NCBI GenBank assembly: GCA_964016885.1
Contig: OZ024759.1
Coordinates: 30,628,001-30,692,000 of the forward strand
DNA from: Eledone cirrhosa
Taxonomy: Eukaryota
DNA: 64,000 nucleotides
Direction: 5' to 3'
Positions 13,546-28,547 of this stretch are shown here, in pieces. The notes under the pieces are model-generated. The model searched no databases. It saw only the letters and a program-made list of their open reading frames with translations, and was not told the origin of the DNA. A program made the translations under genes and the position numbers. The stretch's first letter is position 1, and every line of letters starts with the position of its first letter.

Positions 13546-13822
13546 ATTTTTATTACATTTTTTATTGTTTCATCTATGTATTATAATAGTGGAGGAGCGG
13601 AGGAATAATGCTGTTGTGGTTGTTGTTGTTGTTGGTCGTGGTGGTGGTTGTTGGTGGGGGCTGTACTGCTGTTAGTGTTGTTGTTGGTAGTAAGTTTATT
13701 TCTTAGTGGTGGTGATTTCGATGGTTTGAGTAGTGGTGTTGGTGGTGTTGTTGTTGTTGGTGGTGGTGGTGGTGGTGGTGGTGGTGATGGTGTTGGTGGT
13801 GTTTTTATTGTAGTCATTAAGG

Positions 13823-13862
<40 letters not shown>

Positions 13863-14316
13863 GTTAGTATGCTATTGTTGTTTGTCGTGCTTGTTATCAT
13901 TGTTGATTGTGGTGGTAGTAGTGGTAGTAGTGTGGCTGCTATACTCATATCTGATGTTACAGTCACTGTATCTGCCGGGGTGGAAGGCGGGTATGAGGAA
14001 AAGAGGAGCAGCAGGAGGAGAAAGAAGTAGAGAAAGAGAGAAAGAGAAAAAGAAGAAAATATAATGGAGTAGGGGGAGATAAATGTGGTTGAGAGACTGA
14101 ACAGGAAGTTAGAAACACGAAGGAAAATGTGGTGAATGAAAAATAGATTAAAAAAAAAAAGAAAAAAAAGGGTTAGAGGCTAGAGAAGAAGATAAAGAAA
14201 CATGGAAGAGATGACTTATGAATGCAAGAAAAATGACATTGAATAAATAAGGAAACACTAAGACTTCCGTCGCCATTATGGTCGCCATCATTGCCAGCAT
14301 CTTCATAATAATAATG

Positions 14317-14492
14317 ATTGTTTCTACTTTTGGCACAAAGCCAGCAATTACCCCAGTGCATTACTGGTACTTTATTTTATCGACCCGTAAGGATGAAAGG
14401 CAAAGTCAACCTCGGCGGGATTTCAACACAGAACGTAAAGGGACATAACTCTATGCTGCACAACATGGTGTCTGACGCACCACCGATAATGC
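14317..14492 (-). mobile_element. tRNA-derived SINE
   Basis: Reverse complement of the SINE family. Confidence 0.88.
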
Positions 14493-14539
14493 TACTAATG
14501 GTTTCTTTATTAATAATAATTGTAATAATAATAATAATA

Positions 14540-14594
<55 letters not shown>

Positions 14595-15021
14595 GGATGA
14601 TGATGGTGATGGTGATTGGTGATGACAATGAGGTTGATATTAGCATCAACGTCGTTACACTTATTTTGATAATCATCAACCTCATGCTAATAATCATTGA
14701 CACCATCTCAATTACTATAATTAATATTATCATCACTAGCAGAAGAACCGTCACTCGGGCGGAGCTCTGCTAGCAGATGTAGTGTGCATATTGATAATAT
14801 ATGCAAATATATAAGCATATAGATATGAGACGTAAATTGGAAAGAGTAAATCGACAGAACGTTGGTTATATTTGTTGGAAGTCGTTAGTGGAGTGTTAGC
14901 TGAACTAGATTTGTAGACAGATGTTGGGCTGTTGGGATCTTGTAGAGCGATTATTGTTTGATTGGTTTGCCCTGCTTTCTCTTCGCCGTTGTGAGTGTCT
15001 ACAGCCAGGAGTTCAGATTTG

Positions 15022-15064
<43 letters not shown>

Positions 15065-15241
15065 ATTAAATATATAAATAGATAAATAAATGCCATTGTT
15101 AAATAATAAATAAATCAACTAATACCTTAACACTTCACACAAAGTAAAACATTTCGTTTTAATCATTTTCTAACCCAGAAAAAGAGAGAGAGAGAAATAA
15201 ATAAGGAAAAAAAAAAATTTGTCTTCCTAATAATCGTCTCT

Positions 15242-15299
<58 letters not shown>

Positions 15300-15302
<3 letters not shown>

Positions 15303-15380
15303 AAAAGGGTCAGGACCCTGACGGCTGAGCTAGATGGGGCGTTATGGTCCACCTGGTTTCTTACCACACTTTCTTTGTTA
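15300..15380. mobile_element. Family A fragment, internally deleted fold-back
   Basis: AGGAAAAGGGTCAGGACCCTGACGGCTGAGCT joined to GCGTTATGGTCCACCTGGTTTCTTACCAC; flanked by (TA)n on both sides. Confidence 0.7.
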
Positions 15381-15449
15381 TATATATATATAAATATATA
15401 TATATATGTGTGTGTGTATATATCTATATAGATATAGATATATAGAGAT

Positions 15450-15496
<47 letters not shown>

Positions 15497-15520
15497 CACA
15501 CATATATACATATATATATT

Positions 15521-15555
<35 letters not shown>

Positions 15556-15704
15556 CCCGGGTTCAATCGTGTGTAACCACAGTAAGTAAGGTCCTGAATA
15601 AATAGTAGAGTGTATACAATATTTAATATAGAAATGTATTTACAATGATTTCATTCGAATGAAACAATTCTAGTCCTGTAGGAGCTGGTTCTTGTCGATC
15701 GATC

Positions 15705-16135
15705 GATATCGACATTTTGGAGGTTTCCGTAGACATTAAGATGGTTTCTATAGAGACAGGAAGTAGGATTCCCTGGAAGTTTCCATACAAAAAAAAGGAG
15801 GTTGCCATAAAGACATAAACGGACGTATATACAGAGATCCAGCAGGTTTCCATGGACACAATGAGAAGGTTTCCATGGAGACATTTAGAGGTTTCCATGG
15901 AGACATTTAGGAGGTTTCCATAGATATATTAAGAAGGTTTCCATAGAGACATTCAAGATTCCATACAAACATTAAGTAGAGTTCCATTGCGAAATTAAGT
16001 AGGTTCCCTGGGGTCTTCCATACAGAAATTAACGACGTTGCCATAGAGACACTAAGGAGACGTCCATACAGACATTCAGCAGGTTTCCATAGAAACAATT
16101 TGGAGGTTTCCATAGAAACATTCAAATGATTACCA
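15705..16135. repeat. Degenerate minisatellite, about 21-bp unit (AGGTTTCCATAGAGACATT..)
   Basis: GGTTTCCAT recurs with 20-23 bp spacing. Confidence 0.8.
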
Positions 16136-16922
16136 TGCCTACATTTGTTTGTCGTGTACTGTTACCACTTCAGACCAAGGAACATGCGTAGAGTCGTTAT
16201 GTATTAATCATTAAATATATTTTCTGTTTGTTTCGAGAACATCCATGTCTCACTACCAAACAAAAATCACCGACAATTTCACAATGGCTGCCAGCAATAA
16301 CCGTATCGTTATTGGCCGCCATAACAACTTGTGCGTCACAACAACTTTACTAAATTCTCTCTACAATATCTAAGTAGGTGATGTTACCGACAATATGTTA
16401 TTGAAAATTGCGAATGAACTTATCGAAATAATGTTATATTATTATCGATCTTTAGAAAGATGCCGAATATAGGCATTAAAATAAAATAATAACAAACAAA
16501 AGCACATTTTATCAAGCTTCATTTTTAGCGGAAACTTTATTGCGAAAATTGAGCATGTTTGTATTGGTTAATACTTTATATGTTGGGTTTGGTTTTATAA
16601 AGACTATTTGTTGTATGTTTGAATAATTTAGTTTTAATTTCGAATTGAATGAGATTTCGCAGATTATCTTTTGTTGTTGTTGGTGGTGGTTCTTTTCAAT
16701 AATGTTTAATGATTGGAGTTTAGAGTTTTATCGATTAACACTCTGGAAATACGTAAAAATGTAAAAAAAAAATAGTAATAATAGAAAGTAATGATAATAA
16801 TAATAATGGCAAGAATTCCAGTTTTGTTTCTCTTTCTCTTTCTGTCGATAGATGGAGGTGGATTCTATCTGAAATATGATGGTGTTGAATGGGGAATAGA
16901 AACATGAATATCTCATTTACAG

Positions 16923-17007
<85 letters not shown>

Positions 17008-17191
17008 TATGTATACGTATATACGTACATACATATATGTATACAGACGTACAGTAGTATTTATATATATATACATACATACATGCACACATATATATAT
17101 ATATGTACGTATGGGTTTACCGAAGATTTATTATAATGTTCAGTTTGTTTGTAAGATTGAAAAATTTCATTTCATTTCATTCTTTTCCATT

Positions 17192-17246
<55 letters not shown>

Positions 17247-17314
17247 GTAGAACACTGGAAGGTAATATCCGTAGTCGTAGAGCACTCAGTCCATAGGACG
17301 AGTTAGGTTGAAGA

Positions 17315-17357
17315 TACGAGCTGAGGATCCGCTAAGGTGAAACAATTGTTCTCGGTA
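17315..17357 (+). ncRNA. Minimal type I hammerhead ribozyme motif
   Basis: TACGAG CTGAGGA T-CC-gctaa-GG-T GAAA CAATTG TT CTCGGTA; self-complementary stem III (ACAATTGT); lies in a 140-bp island between (TA)n runs. Confidence 0.65.
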
Positions 17358-17382
17358 TGGTGAACAAACTGTTGTGTAACCA

Positions 17383-17531
<149 letters not shown>

Positions 17532-17537
17532 ACACAC

Positions 17538-17641
<104 letters not shown>

Positions 17642-17890
17642 TTGTGTGTGTGTATATATATATATATATATGCACACGCACACATATATATATGTATATA
17701 TTGTCATGTGTTATTGCTCGACGATTTAGCTGTTGGCGTATCGACGGCAAGTGGATAATTACTCTGCTTTCTTAAGTATCGAGTAGTAAGCTGAATATTG
17801 GTCTTGCTAGTCTTAACCGTCAACTCCCAATCCATTTAGCTCTCTATATGTTTATATATATGTATATATATATATGTGTGTGTGTGTGTG

Positions 17891-17921
<31 letters not shown>

Positions 17922-18057
17922 TGTAGATAAATCTACCAAAATATACGGTAGTGTCCAATCCGTATGAAGAACTCAATGTAATCCAAATATCATGAAAAGA
18001 GAAGATGTATTCAAACATTTTTTCGATGAAAATCACAGGAAAACAGAGTCAAGATAA

Positions 18058-18368
18058 ATTAATAAAAACAATGAATAAAAGCATGGAAACAGTTCCTTAT
18101 ATTAAAAAATTCATCATTTTCCGATCGTTTCTAGGATATATATGTATGTGTTGGTATGTATATCATATAAATCTATGTCAAAATTTTACAAACTATCAGA
18201 GGGAATATACATACCTACACATATATATGGTGTCTTCAGAAATTTTTACATAGATCTATATGATATATATACCAACACACACATATATATCCTAGAATCG
18301 ATCGTAAAATGATGAATTTTTTAATATAATGAAATGTTTCTTCGCTTTTATTCATTGTTTTTATTAAT
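18058..18368. repeat. Fold-back palindrome, family C
   Basis: Arms of about 130 bp; the preceding 17920-18115 is repeated at 29322-29515, where it also folds back. Confidence 0.8.
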
Positions 18369-18374
18369 GCATAT

Positions 18375-18454
<80 letters not shown>

Positions 18455-18458
18455 ACAT

Positions 18459-18582
18459 CAGTTAATATTGTTTGACTCAACGAGAAGTTTCCTTAGTCGC
18501 GTTTCCTAAGGTGAGAGTGACGTAACTTCTAACGATCAGCGACTTTTAGACAAACCCGACTAAAGAAACAATTGTTAAAACT
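18459..18582. repeat. Degenerate fold-back ending in a hammerhead 3' half
   Basis: TTTCCTTAGTCG ... CGACTAAAGAAA inverted pair followed by GAAA-CAATTG-TT. Confidence 0.45.
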
Positions 18583-18631
18583 GTAAATAAACCCTATTGT
18601 ACAGCAGACCATGTTATTCTTCATTCTTTTG

Positions 18632-18709
<78 letters not shown>

Positions 18710-18711
18710 TA

Positions 18712-19046
18712 GTAAAAGGAAAAGAAAATGGTGACAAATTTTTCCCATGAAAAATAGTTTAATTAGGATAAGTATAAATTAGTAATAAGTATTGGTTAGT
18801 ATTCAGTTTTAGTTTTAAGTTTTTACCGGTTGCGCTTTTCTAATGCTTTTCAAAAATAATTTTGAGATAGAGCACTCGTCATGTTTGCTGCAAAATTATT
18901 TTTGAAAAGCATTAGAAAAACCGCAACCGGTAAAAACTTAAAACTAAAACTGAATACTAACCAATATTTATCACTAATTTATACTTATTCCTGATTAAAC
19001 TATTTTTCACTGGGAAAAATTTGTCAGCATTTTCTTTTCCTTTTAC
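18712..19046. repeat. Long fold-back palindrome
   Basis: Arms of about 150 bp with few mismatches; each arm has GCAA-CCGG-TA, resembling GAAA-CCGG-TA at 19753 and 48667; next to (TA)n. Confidence 0.85.
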
Positions 19047-19087
19047 GAATATATCACAACTCGTGTGTTACACCTCTATTTTTTTTA

Positions 19088-19176
<89 letters not shown>

Positions 19177-19211
19177 AAAAAAATAGAGGTGTATATATAT
19201 ATATATATATA

Positions 19212-19586
19212 TTGGGAGAGATGACCCCTTAGCCTTTGTCAAGGCAGAATTCTAGGAGAAGGAAAACTCTGATATAACACCTGCAACCCTGATGGTATCC
19301 AATGATGTTGACTTGTTCTTCTTTTTGGTAAATATCATCTTGGTTAAGAGAGTGGGACTGGCTTTGTGCAGTGCCTTTACTCACTATAAAAGCTTCATGG
19401 CACAGGCATTGCTTTATATCTGGAGATCTCTCTGCACTTGTCATCACATGGTACCATGGGCCCAGCACTATGTGTCAATAATTGTCACAAGTGTAGTGTT
19501 TGTACCAGAGTATATATATATATATATATTGGGAGAGATATGATATAAAGTAGTGGCCGTACTCGAAAACGAGTTGGCAGCCACCA
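19212..19586 (+). mobile_element. Rearranged, inverted near-identical copy of the 33432-34040 element
   Basis: 19212-19510 is the reverse complement of about 33544-33841; 19543-19586 is the reverse complement of about 33431-33474. Confidence 0.85.
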
Positions 19587-19671
19587 TATATATATATATA
19601 TATTAGAAAGTGAGGTTTTTTTTACAAAATGAAAAATAACCGAGGTGTCCTACACGAGTGAAAGTATAAAG

Positions 19672-19830
19672 AAAAAGAGATGAAATCGAAAATACAATTG
19701 GAGTCTTATTTTTTTTTTAAATATATATATTTATTTGGTTCCTTGGTACTGCGAAACCGGTAAAGGAACCAAATAAATATATATATTTAAAAAAAAAATA
19801 AGACTCCAGTTGCATTTTCGATTTCATCTC

Positions 19831-19835
<5 letters not shown>
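19672..19835. repeat. Fold-back palindrome with HHR remnant at the axis
   Basis: Arms of about 70 bp; centre reads CCTT-ggtactgc-GAAA-CCGG-TA-AAGG. Confidence 0.8.
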
Positions 19836-19888
<53 letters not shown>

Positions 19889-20009
19889 TATATATGTGTG
19901 TGTGTGTGGGTGTGTAGAAGTTATATTTAAATTGTTGGAATTCCGACAAACATAAATGTTTATAACTGATATAGAGCACTTAAAAGGTTACTGGAGTAAA
20001 TATTCCAAT

Positions 20010-20296
20010 ATATTAATAAATGGAAACTATATTTATAAAACCATATTTGTTTTATTATATATATTTCAAGGGCGCCCAAGCCAATCTTGGTGCGCTTTTT
20101 TCAGATAAAATACAAAATTTGTTTTATAAATCAGACATACCCATGGAAATCAACCTTAACGGTCTGAAATTCGCTGGATAGTCATACATTTTGTATTTTA
20201 TCTGATGAAAGCGCACCAAGATTGGCTTGGTCGCCCTTGAAATATATATAATAAAATAAATATGGTTTTATAAATATAGTTTCCATTTATTAATAT
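20010..20296. mobile_element. Fold-back element, family B, with one HHR per arm
   Basis: Arms of about 110 bp around a spacer; right arm has an intact HHR, left arm (- strand) has the mutated core CTGAAAA. Confidence 0.85.
20194..20258 (+). ncRNA. Type I hammerhead ribozyme motif, family B
   Basis: TATTTTAT CTGATGA AAG..ACCAAG-attgg-CTTGGT..CTT GAAA TATATA TA ATAAAATA; perfect 8-bp stem I, intact core, palindromic stem III. Confidence 0.8.
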
Positions 20297-21901
20297 CTTG
20301 GTATATATATATATATATATACAATCCATATTGCGCCCTCTGCGGATTTTGGTCTTTGTATTTATTTTACTGTATATATATATATGTATATATATTTATA
20401 ATGAATCGACCAAGACCCTGGACATCATTTGCTTACTGAGTCGACTGGAACTCGCTTCATCGGACCAAAGAAACAGCGTTTGCATTGGTGTTTCCATTGC
20501 TGAATCTATCTACCGGTCGCAACTCCTGTTTAAATTCAGTGTTGTGGGTGGATAAGACGTGACAAGAGAATTAATTGGAAAAATTAATTATACACTAACA
20601 GTGGAAATTTAAATCGATTGGAAATACTGAATTTCCATTTAAATTCGATATTGAATTTTAGATTCTAATCCTTTGAGGAAAAAAAACAAAAAAAACTCTT
20701 GAAATTCCTTAATCTGAAATTTCAGACAGAATTAAGTTATATTACAATAAACTCGGATTTTTGATTTTTATCTCTACTTAAAATTAACATTTTATTGGTG
20801 GGCAAGGAGGATTTTTGGGGTGTGCATGTGAGAGTAGCCGGTGTGTGGTGGGGTGGGTTGAGTTTTGTGATCAAATTATCGTAGATTCAAATAATATTAA
20901 GTCATGTGTGTGCAGTTGTAACACACGTGGTGTACCTTGTGCACTTAAATTTGACGAATCTCATCTCTCGCAAGGTTTGAAGACAAAAAATGTTAATCGA
21001 GAGAGAGAGAGAGTGTGTGTGTGTGTATGTGTGTGTGTGTGTATGTATGTGTGTGTATGTGTGTGTATGTGTGTGTGTATGTATGTGTGTGTGTATATAT
21101 GTGTGTGTGTGTATGCGTGTGTGTATGTATGTGTGCGTATGTGTGTTTGTGCATGTGTGTATGTGCGTGTGTGTGCGTGTGTATATGCGTGTGTGTTTGT
21201 ATGTGTGTGTATGTGCGACAGAGGCAGGGAGGGAATCTTTGTGTGCGAGAGATAGAGGGTGAGAGAATGTTTGTACGGGAGAGAGAAAGAGAGTGTGTGT
21301 GTGTGTGTGTGCGCATGAGTGAGAGGGAGGGAATGTTTATGTGCGAGAGAGAGTGCTCGAGAGAGAGAGATGAAGTGTGTGGGTGTGACAGTGTGTGTGT
21401 GTGTGCGAGAGAGGGAGACAATATGTGTGGGTGAGGTAGAGAGAGACAAAGTAGATGGGTGTGTGTGTATGTATGAGTGTGTAAGTTATGCTTGTATGTG
21501 TGTGAGAGAAAGAGACAGATAGAATTGTCCAAGTATTGGAGTGTTTGAGTATTTATCGATCTAGAAGTCCTAAAGGTAGCAGTGACCCCGTCACAATTTG
21601 AACTCTAAGCATTGAGGGCAATATCGAGTACCACAATATTTTATCTGACTTTCTAACAATTCTATCAACTCGCATATATATATATATATATATATATGAA
21701 TATATATGCGTGTGTGTGTGTGTAAGTGAACATGTGTGTATGTGTACATATGTATATATATATGTATACATATATATAAATATATATGTGAATATATATG
21801 TATATAATATATTTAGATATATATATATATATATATACATACATTTAAAATAGATTAAATATTCTTAATAATATGCATACATTTATATATATGTATATAT
21901 C

Positions 21902-21932
<31 letters not shown>

Positions 21933-22073
21933 ATACATGCATTCATATATATATTTATATATTAATATATATATATATGTATGTATGTATGGATATATAT
22001 ACATTCATATATATATATATATATATTATATATGTATGTATACATGCATTCATATATATATATATATATATTA

Positions 22074-22108
<35 letters not shown>

Positions 22109-22116
22109 TATATACA

Positions 22117-22179
<63 letters not shown>

Positions 22180-22826
22180 TTTCATATATATATAATTGAA
22201 TAATGAATATATTGAACATTCGAGATAGCATCATGTTTCCTCGGAGCTTTACAAGAACTTTGATGAAATGGAAAACATGTTGCAATAGATTTTATCAACG
22301 CCTTTTTTATTTGATTTTTATTTTATTCTTAATTCATTTTATTTCATTTTTTTAATTTTAATTTTTATCTTATATATATATATATTTATTTTTATTTATT
22401 TTTTATATTTTTTATTTTTTATTTAATTTAATTTTTATTTTTATTTTATTTCATTTTATTTTCTTCTCTATATTTCTGCTATATCATCCAAGATTTCCTT
22501 CTTTTTTCTTAAACATATTTCTTCCTGTTTTTCTTGATATTTTTCGGTTTGGTGATTGCGATCATGGTGATGTTGTCGATGTTGATGATGGTAATGGTGA
22601 TTATGGTGCTGATGGTGATGATGGTGATGGTGGTGAAGATGATGATGATGTCGATGATGGTGGTGATGATATTAATGACGGTGGTAATGGTGATGATGTT
22701 GATGGTGATAATGGTTATGGCGGTCATGAGGATGATGGTTATGATGATGGTGATATGGATGATGATGATGATGATGGTGATGATGAATATGACTATGATG
22801 ATGATAATGTTCAACATGAATGCAAA

Positions 22827-22862
<36 letters not shown>

Positions 22863-22889
22863 TACCATGACTTAATTATGAACATCATA

Positions 22890-24265
22890 ACGATCACCAC
22901 CACCACTGCCATCACCACCACCACTGCCATCACCACCACCACTACCATCACCACCACCACTACCATCACCACCACCACTGCCATCACCACCACCACTACC
23001 ATCACCATCACCACTACCATCACCACCACCACTACCACCACCACCACCACTAACATCACCACCACCACTACCATCACCACCACCACTACCATCGCCACCA
23101 CCACTACCATCACCAACATCACCACCACCACTACCATCACCACCACCACTACCATCACCACCACCACTACCATCGCCACCACCACTACCATCACCACCAC
23201 CACTGCCATCACCAACATCACCAGCACCACTACCATCACCACCACCACTACCATCACCAACATCACCACCACCACTACCATCACCACCACCACTGCCATC
23301 ACCACCACCACTACCATCGCCACCACCACTACCATCACCACCACCACTACCATCACCAACATTACCACCACCACTACCATCACCACCACCACTACCATCG
23401 CCACCACCACTACCATCACCAACATCACCACCACCACTACCATCACCACCACCACTACCATCACCACCACCACTACCATCGCCACCACCACTACCATCAC
23501 CACCACCACTGCCATCACCAACATTACCAGCACCACTACCATCACCACCACCACTACCATCACTAACATCACCACCACCACTACCATCACCACCACCACT
23601 GCCATCACCACCACCACTACCATCGCCACCACCACTACCATCACCACCACCACTACCATCACCAACATTACCACCACCACTACCATCACCACCACCACTA
23701 CCATCGCCACCACCACTACCATCACCAACATCACCACCACCACTACCATCACCACCACCACTACCATCACCACCACCACTACCATCGCCACCACCACTAC
23801 CATCACCACCACCACTGCCATCACCAACATTACCAGCACCACTACCATCACCACCACCACTACCATCACTAACATCACCACCACCACTACCATCACCACC
23901 ACCACTGCCATCACCACCACCACTACCATCGCCACCACCACTACCATCACCACCACCACTACCATCACCAACATTACCACCACCACTACCATCACCACCA
24001 CCACTACCATCGCCACCACCACTACCATCACCAACATCACCACCACCACTACCATCACCACCACCACTGCCATCACCACCACCACTACCATCGCCACCAC
24101 CACTACCATCACCACCACCACTACCATCACCAACATCACCACCACCACTACCATCACAATCACCACTGCCACTACCATCACCACCACCACCACCACCACC
24201 GTCACCACCACCACCACCACCACCGTCACCACCACCACCACCACCATCACCAATGCCACTGCCAT
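22890..24265. repeat. ACC-rich minisatellite with 306-bp higher-order repeat
   Basis: 18-bp ACCACCACTACCATCACC monomers; the rare AGC variant recurs at 23223, 23529 and 23835. Confidence 0.9.
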
Positions 24266-24394
24266 CATCATCATCGTCCTTATCATCCTCATTATTTTTG
24301 CGTATAAAACTCTCAATATAAAATTCACATTAATATGACTCTTTTTATTATCATCTGCTATATTATTACTACAATATGTTTTATTTATTAAAAT

Positions 24395-24492
24395 AATTGT
24401 TTCTACTTTTGGCACAAGGCCAGCAATTATCTCAGTACATTACTGGTACTTTATTTTATCGACCCCCGTACGGATGAAAGCAAAGTTAACCT
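24395..24492 (-). mobile_element. SINE 3' half
   Basis: AATTGTTTCTACTTTTGGCACAAGGCCAGC...GGATGAAAGCAAAGTTAACC. Confidence 0.85.
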
Positions 24493-25111
24493 TATTTATT
24501 AAAATAATATTGGAAAATATTAACACATGCCGACGACGTCGCTGTTGTCGTGTTGAATACAAATCGCATTGGCCTGATCAGCACTGTTTTACTTTAACCG
24601 GTAAAGACGGATAGTTTATCTGTTTGGTGGCCATGGCGAAAGAGCTGAGCTCGTGTCGTGGATGAGTTTGAAAAGGGTTGAAGACTAGCACTTTCCTCTT
24701 CAGCGAAGCCCAGATTAACATTTTCTGGTTTCACTTGAAGAGAAAAGAATCAGGGTGGAGAGGGAAGTGCTCTCCTCCAAAGTGTTTGATGAAATATGTT
24801 TCAGAGTGGCGAGCAGAGCTTGTTACGAGCATGCGCTTGTAAATAAGAGGTGAACAACTTGTAAAAGGCACTTGCGTTAGCGGTCACGGGGAACGTGGTT
24901 TTTTTGTGGCCTTTCGCTCGCCCGTAGTGACCCTGAGAAATCTCCCTATTGGAGAATTTATTATTGTTTGATTATTTTTATTTGCGGGGTTGATAAAATA
25001 AAGTACCGTCACACACTGCTGGGGGTCATTATAATCGACTTCCTCTCCCCTTCAAATTAATGGCTTTGGGCCTATGCGAGAAATCAGTATTACTATCGTG
25101 AATTTGATATC

Positions 25112-25490
25112 TCAGCCATTGATGTTATTTAACTGGAAAATGTGCCCGAATGAAGAACAGGTGGCTACTTGCGACCTCAGATAGTCAGGGCGTATCAGAG
25201 GATCCTTGCCATTCCAAGCAAGCATGCTTTTGAAGTGTTCCAAAATACAAAAAAAAAGGGTTGGGCTGATATTCTTTAACCAGCCTTGGGAACTCTTTGA
25301 GATTATACCTAGTGCTTCTATGACGATACGGACGGCTTTGATCTCATGACAGTTCCAAATCCTTCTCAGTTCCCACTTTAGATTCTGGTACTGGATAATT
25401 TTCTCCTGCTTTTCTTGAACTCTTGTCTCAAAAGAGCAAGCTACATCTGTAATCAAGAAAGATCCTTTTTCCTTGTCAAAACCAACCAGT
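25112..25490 (-). mobile_element. R4/Dong-type LINE 3' remnant (restriction-like endonuclease domain)
   Basis: ORF 25112-25456: DVACSFETRVQEKQEKIIQYQNLKWELRRIWNCHEIKAVRIVIEALGIISK, the D-(x)n-EK..Y..L..E...W...IVI.ALG pattern; adjacent to (TTA)n. Confidence 0.75.
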
Positions 25491-25502
25491 TTTTATTATC
25501 AA

Positions 25503-25536
<34 letters not shown>

Positions 25537-25689
25537 TTTATTATTCTTGTTGTTGTTGTTGTTGTTGTAGTTGTTGTTATTATCTTTATTACTATTCATG
25601 ATGTCAAGATTTTATCATGGATGCTGCATTCACTTTTAAATGATGTAAAGCCATAGATTCATGCTGTTATTGTTGTTGTTGTTAATGTT

Positions 25690-26290
25690 GGTATGGTGGT
25701 GGTGGTGGTGCTGGTGGAGGTAATGTTGGTCGCGGTGGTGTTGGTGGGGGTAGAGGTAGTGTTGGTGGCGGTGATTTTGGTGGTGCTGCGGCAGTGGTGG
25801 TGGTGGTGGTGGTGGTGGAGGTAATGTTGGTGGCGGTGATGTTGGAGGTGTTGTGGCAGTGGTGGTGTTGGTAGTGGAGGTGGTTGTGGAGGCTGTGTTG
25901 GTGGCGGTGGTTTTGGTGGTGGTGGTGGCTGTGGTGGTGGTGCTGTGGCAGTGGCGGTGTTGTTGTTGGTGGTGTTGGTGGTGGTGTTGGTGGTGGAGGT
26001 AGTGTTGTTGGTGTTGGTGGTGGTGGTGGTGGTGTTGGTGGTGTTGGTGGTGTTGGCGGTGGTGTTGGTGGTGGTGTTGGTGGTGGAGGTGGTGTTGGTG
26101 GTGGAGGTGGTTGTGGAGGCTGTGTTGGTGGCGGTGGTTTTGGTGGTGGTGGTGGCTGTGGTGGTGGTGCTGTGGCAGTGGCGGTGTTGTTGTTGGTGGT
26201 GGTGGTGTTGGTGGTGTTGGCGGTGGTGTTGGTGGTGGTGTTGGTGCTGGAGGTAGTGTTGTTGGTGTTGGTGGTGGTGGTGGTAGTGGT
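25690..26290. repeat. (GGT)n-rich low-complexity tract with an internal 227-bp-offset duplication
   Basis: Block GGAGGTGGTTGTGGAGGCTGTGTTGG at 25876 and 26103. Confidence 0.85.
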
Positions 26291-26495
26291 TGTATATAAT
26301 GCAAAAAGATAACCTTTTTTATTACTTGCATGTATATGTCTATGTATATATATGTACGTATATGCATATGTATGTGTATGTGTATATATGTGTGCATGTA
26401 TGTATATATGTACGTATATATGTCCGTATATATGTACGCATATGTGTATGTATGTATTTTATGAATCTGTATATATGCCTGTATGCATGTATATG

Positions 26496-26571
<76 letters not shown>

Positions 26572-27035
26572 CATATATGTATGTATGTATATATGTGTGC
26601 ATGTATGTGTATATGTATGAATGTGTATGTGTATATATGTATGTATGTGTGTATGTATGTATATAGACATGCATATATGTATGTATATATGTGTGTGTGT
26701 AAGATGTGTACATATATATGTATGTGTATGTATGTGTACGTATATGTATGTAAGATGTATAAATGTGTGTAAGATCTATACATATACGTGTGTATGTAAG
26801 ATGTATATATAAGTATATGTGTGTGTGTGTTAGATGTTTACATATATATATATATATCTGTGTGTATTAGATGTATACATATATATATGTTTGTATGTAT
26901 GTTAGATGTATACATATATATATATATGTATATATATATATATGTGTGTTAGATGTATACATATATATATGTGTGTTTGTGTGTTAGATGTATACATATA
27001 TATATATGTGTGTGTGTGTGTGTTAGATGTTTAAA

Positions 27036-27066
<31 letters not shown>

Positions 27067-28340
27067 ATATGTATATATGTATATATGTATACGTATATAT
27101 ATGTATATGTGATATTTCATTGCAGATTCTTCCGTGATGTTGGAGTGTTTTTTCATCAACCATTGTTTTTATTATTAGTATTTTTTCACCATTTGTTTCC
27201 AGTCCACTCTGATGAACTAAATTACTTTTCATTAACTGCCTGTCAAATTATACAGATTTATTCCTTTATTTATTTAGCTATTTATTTATTATTTATTATT
27301 TATTTATTTATTATTTATTTATTTATTTATTATTTATTTATTTATTTTTTACTTTATGTATTTATTTGATTGTTTGTTTGTTTGCTTGTAGTGTAGCTGT
27401 TGTTGCTGTTTTTTTCCTAAGTTAGATATGGCGGTCATTTAGGAGCCGGGTCAGTTGTTAAACTCTGCACCATTACCCCCCACCCGTCCGTGTCTATCTT
27501 CTTCTTTATCACATCACACCACACCACACCACACCACACCACACCACACGGCTTAACAAGGCCGCATGCTATTCTTGTGTTTACCAAATCATTACCACCA
27601 CCACCACCACCACTGCCGCTGCCACCTATACTACCACCACCACCAACAACACCAACAGCAATATCAATAGTGACAGCTACACCACTACCATCGTCGCCGC
27701 CACCACCTCCAACAATACCACTACCATCACCATCAACAACAACAACAGCAATATCAATAGTGACAGCTACACCACTACCATCGCCGCCACCATCACCTCC
27801 AACAATACTAACACCACAACCAACAACAACAATATCAATAATGACACCGACACCACTACCACCAACACACCCCGTCCTTGCCTTTTCATTACCACCAGCA
27901 CCGCCAGCAATACCGCCACCACCACTACCACTAACAATAACAACAACAACAACAGCAATAACAATAATGACCACAACGACTGCTCCACGACAACCACCAG
28001 CACGCCCTGTCCTTGCATTTTTAAAAACATTATAGTCACCACGACCAACAATACCAACACCACCACAACAACAACAGCAACAATAACTACATCCCTGTCA
28101 TCAACACACGCCGTCCTTGCATTTTCTAAAGGACTAAGCACTACCCCACCCCCCTCCAACAACACAACAACAACAACAACAGCAACTACACCATTATCAC
28201 CAAAACACGCCATTCTCGCGTTCTCCAAAACACTACCGCCAAACGCCCCCACGACCAAACCATCACCACCAACTACTACTACTACTACTACTACTAGAGT
28301 GGTAGAATGATAGTGAGAGAGTGGGGAGAGAGAGAGAGAG

Positions 28341-28396
<56 letters not shown>

Positions 28397-28547
28397 ATGT
28401 GTGAAATAAAAAAAAAGAGGGAAAGTGTTTGAGAGAAGAAAATCAATCAAGACTGAAAATTTATATGACATAGCCGGAGGAAGTCGATAATTTGCCAGAT
28501 TAAATGGGAGCACAATCATGTCCCAGCTTACAATTAATTTTAATTTT

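Noticed and set aside
24540-24960. Relatively GC-rich unique stretch as exon or promoter
   Set aside because: No recognisable ORF, splice pair or motif cluster.
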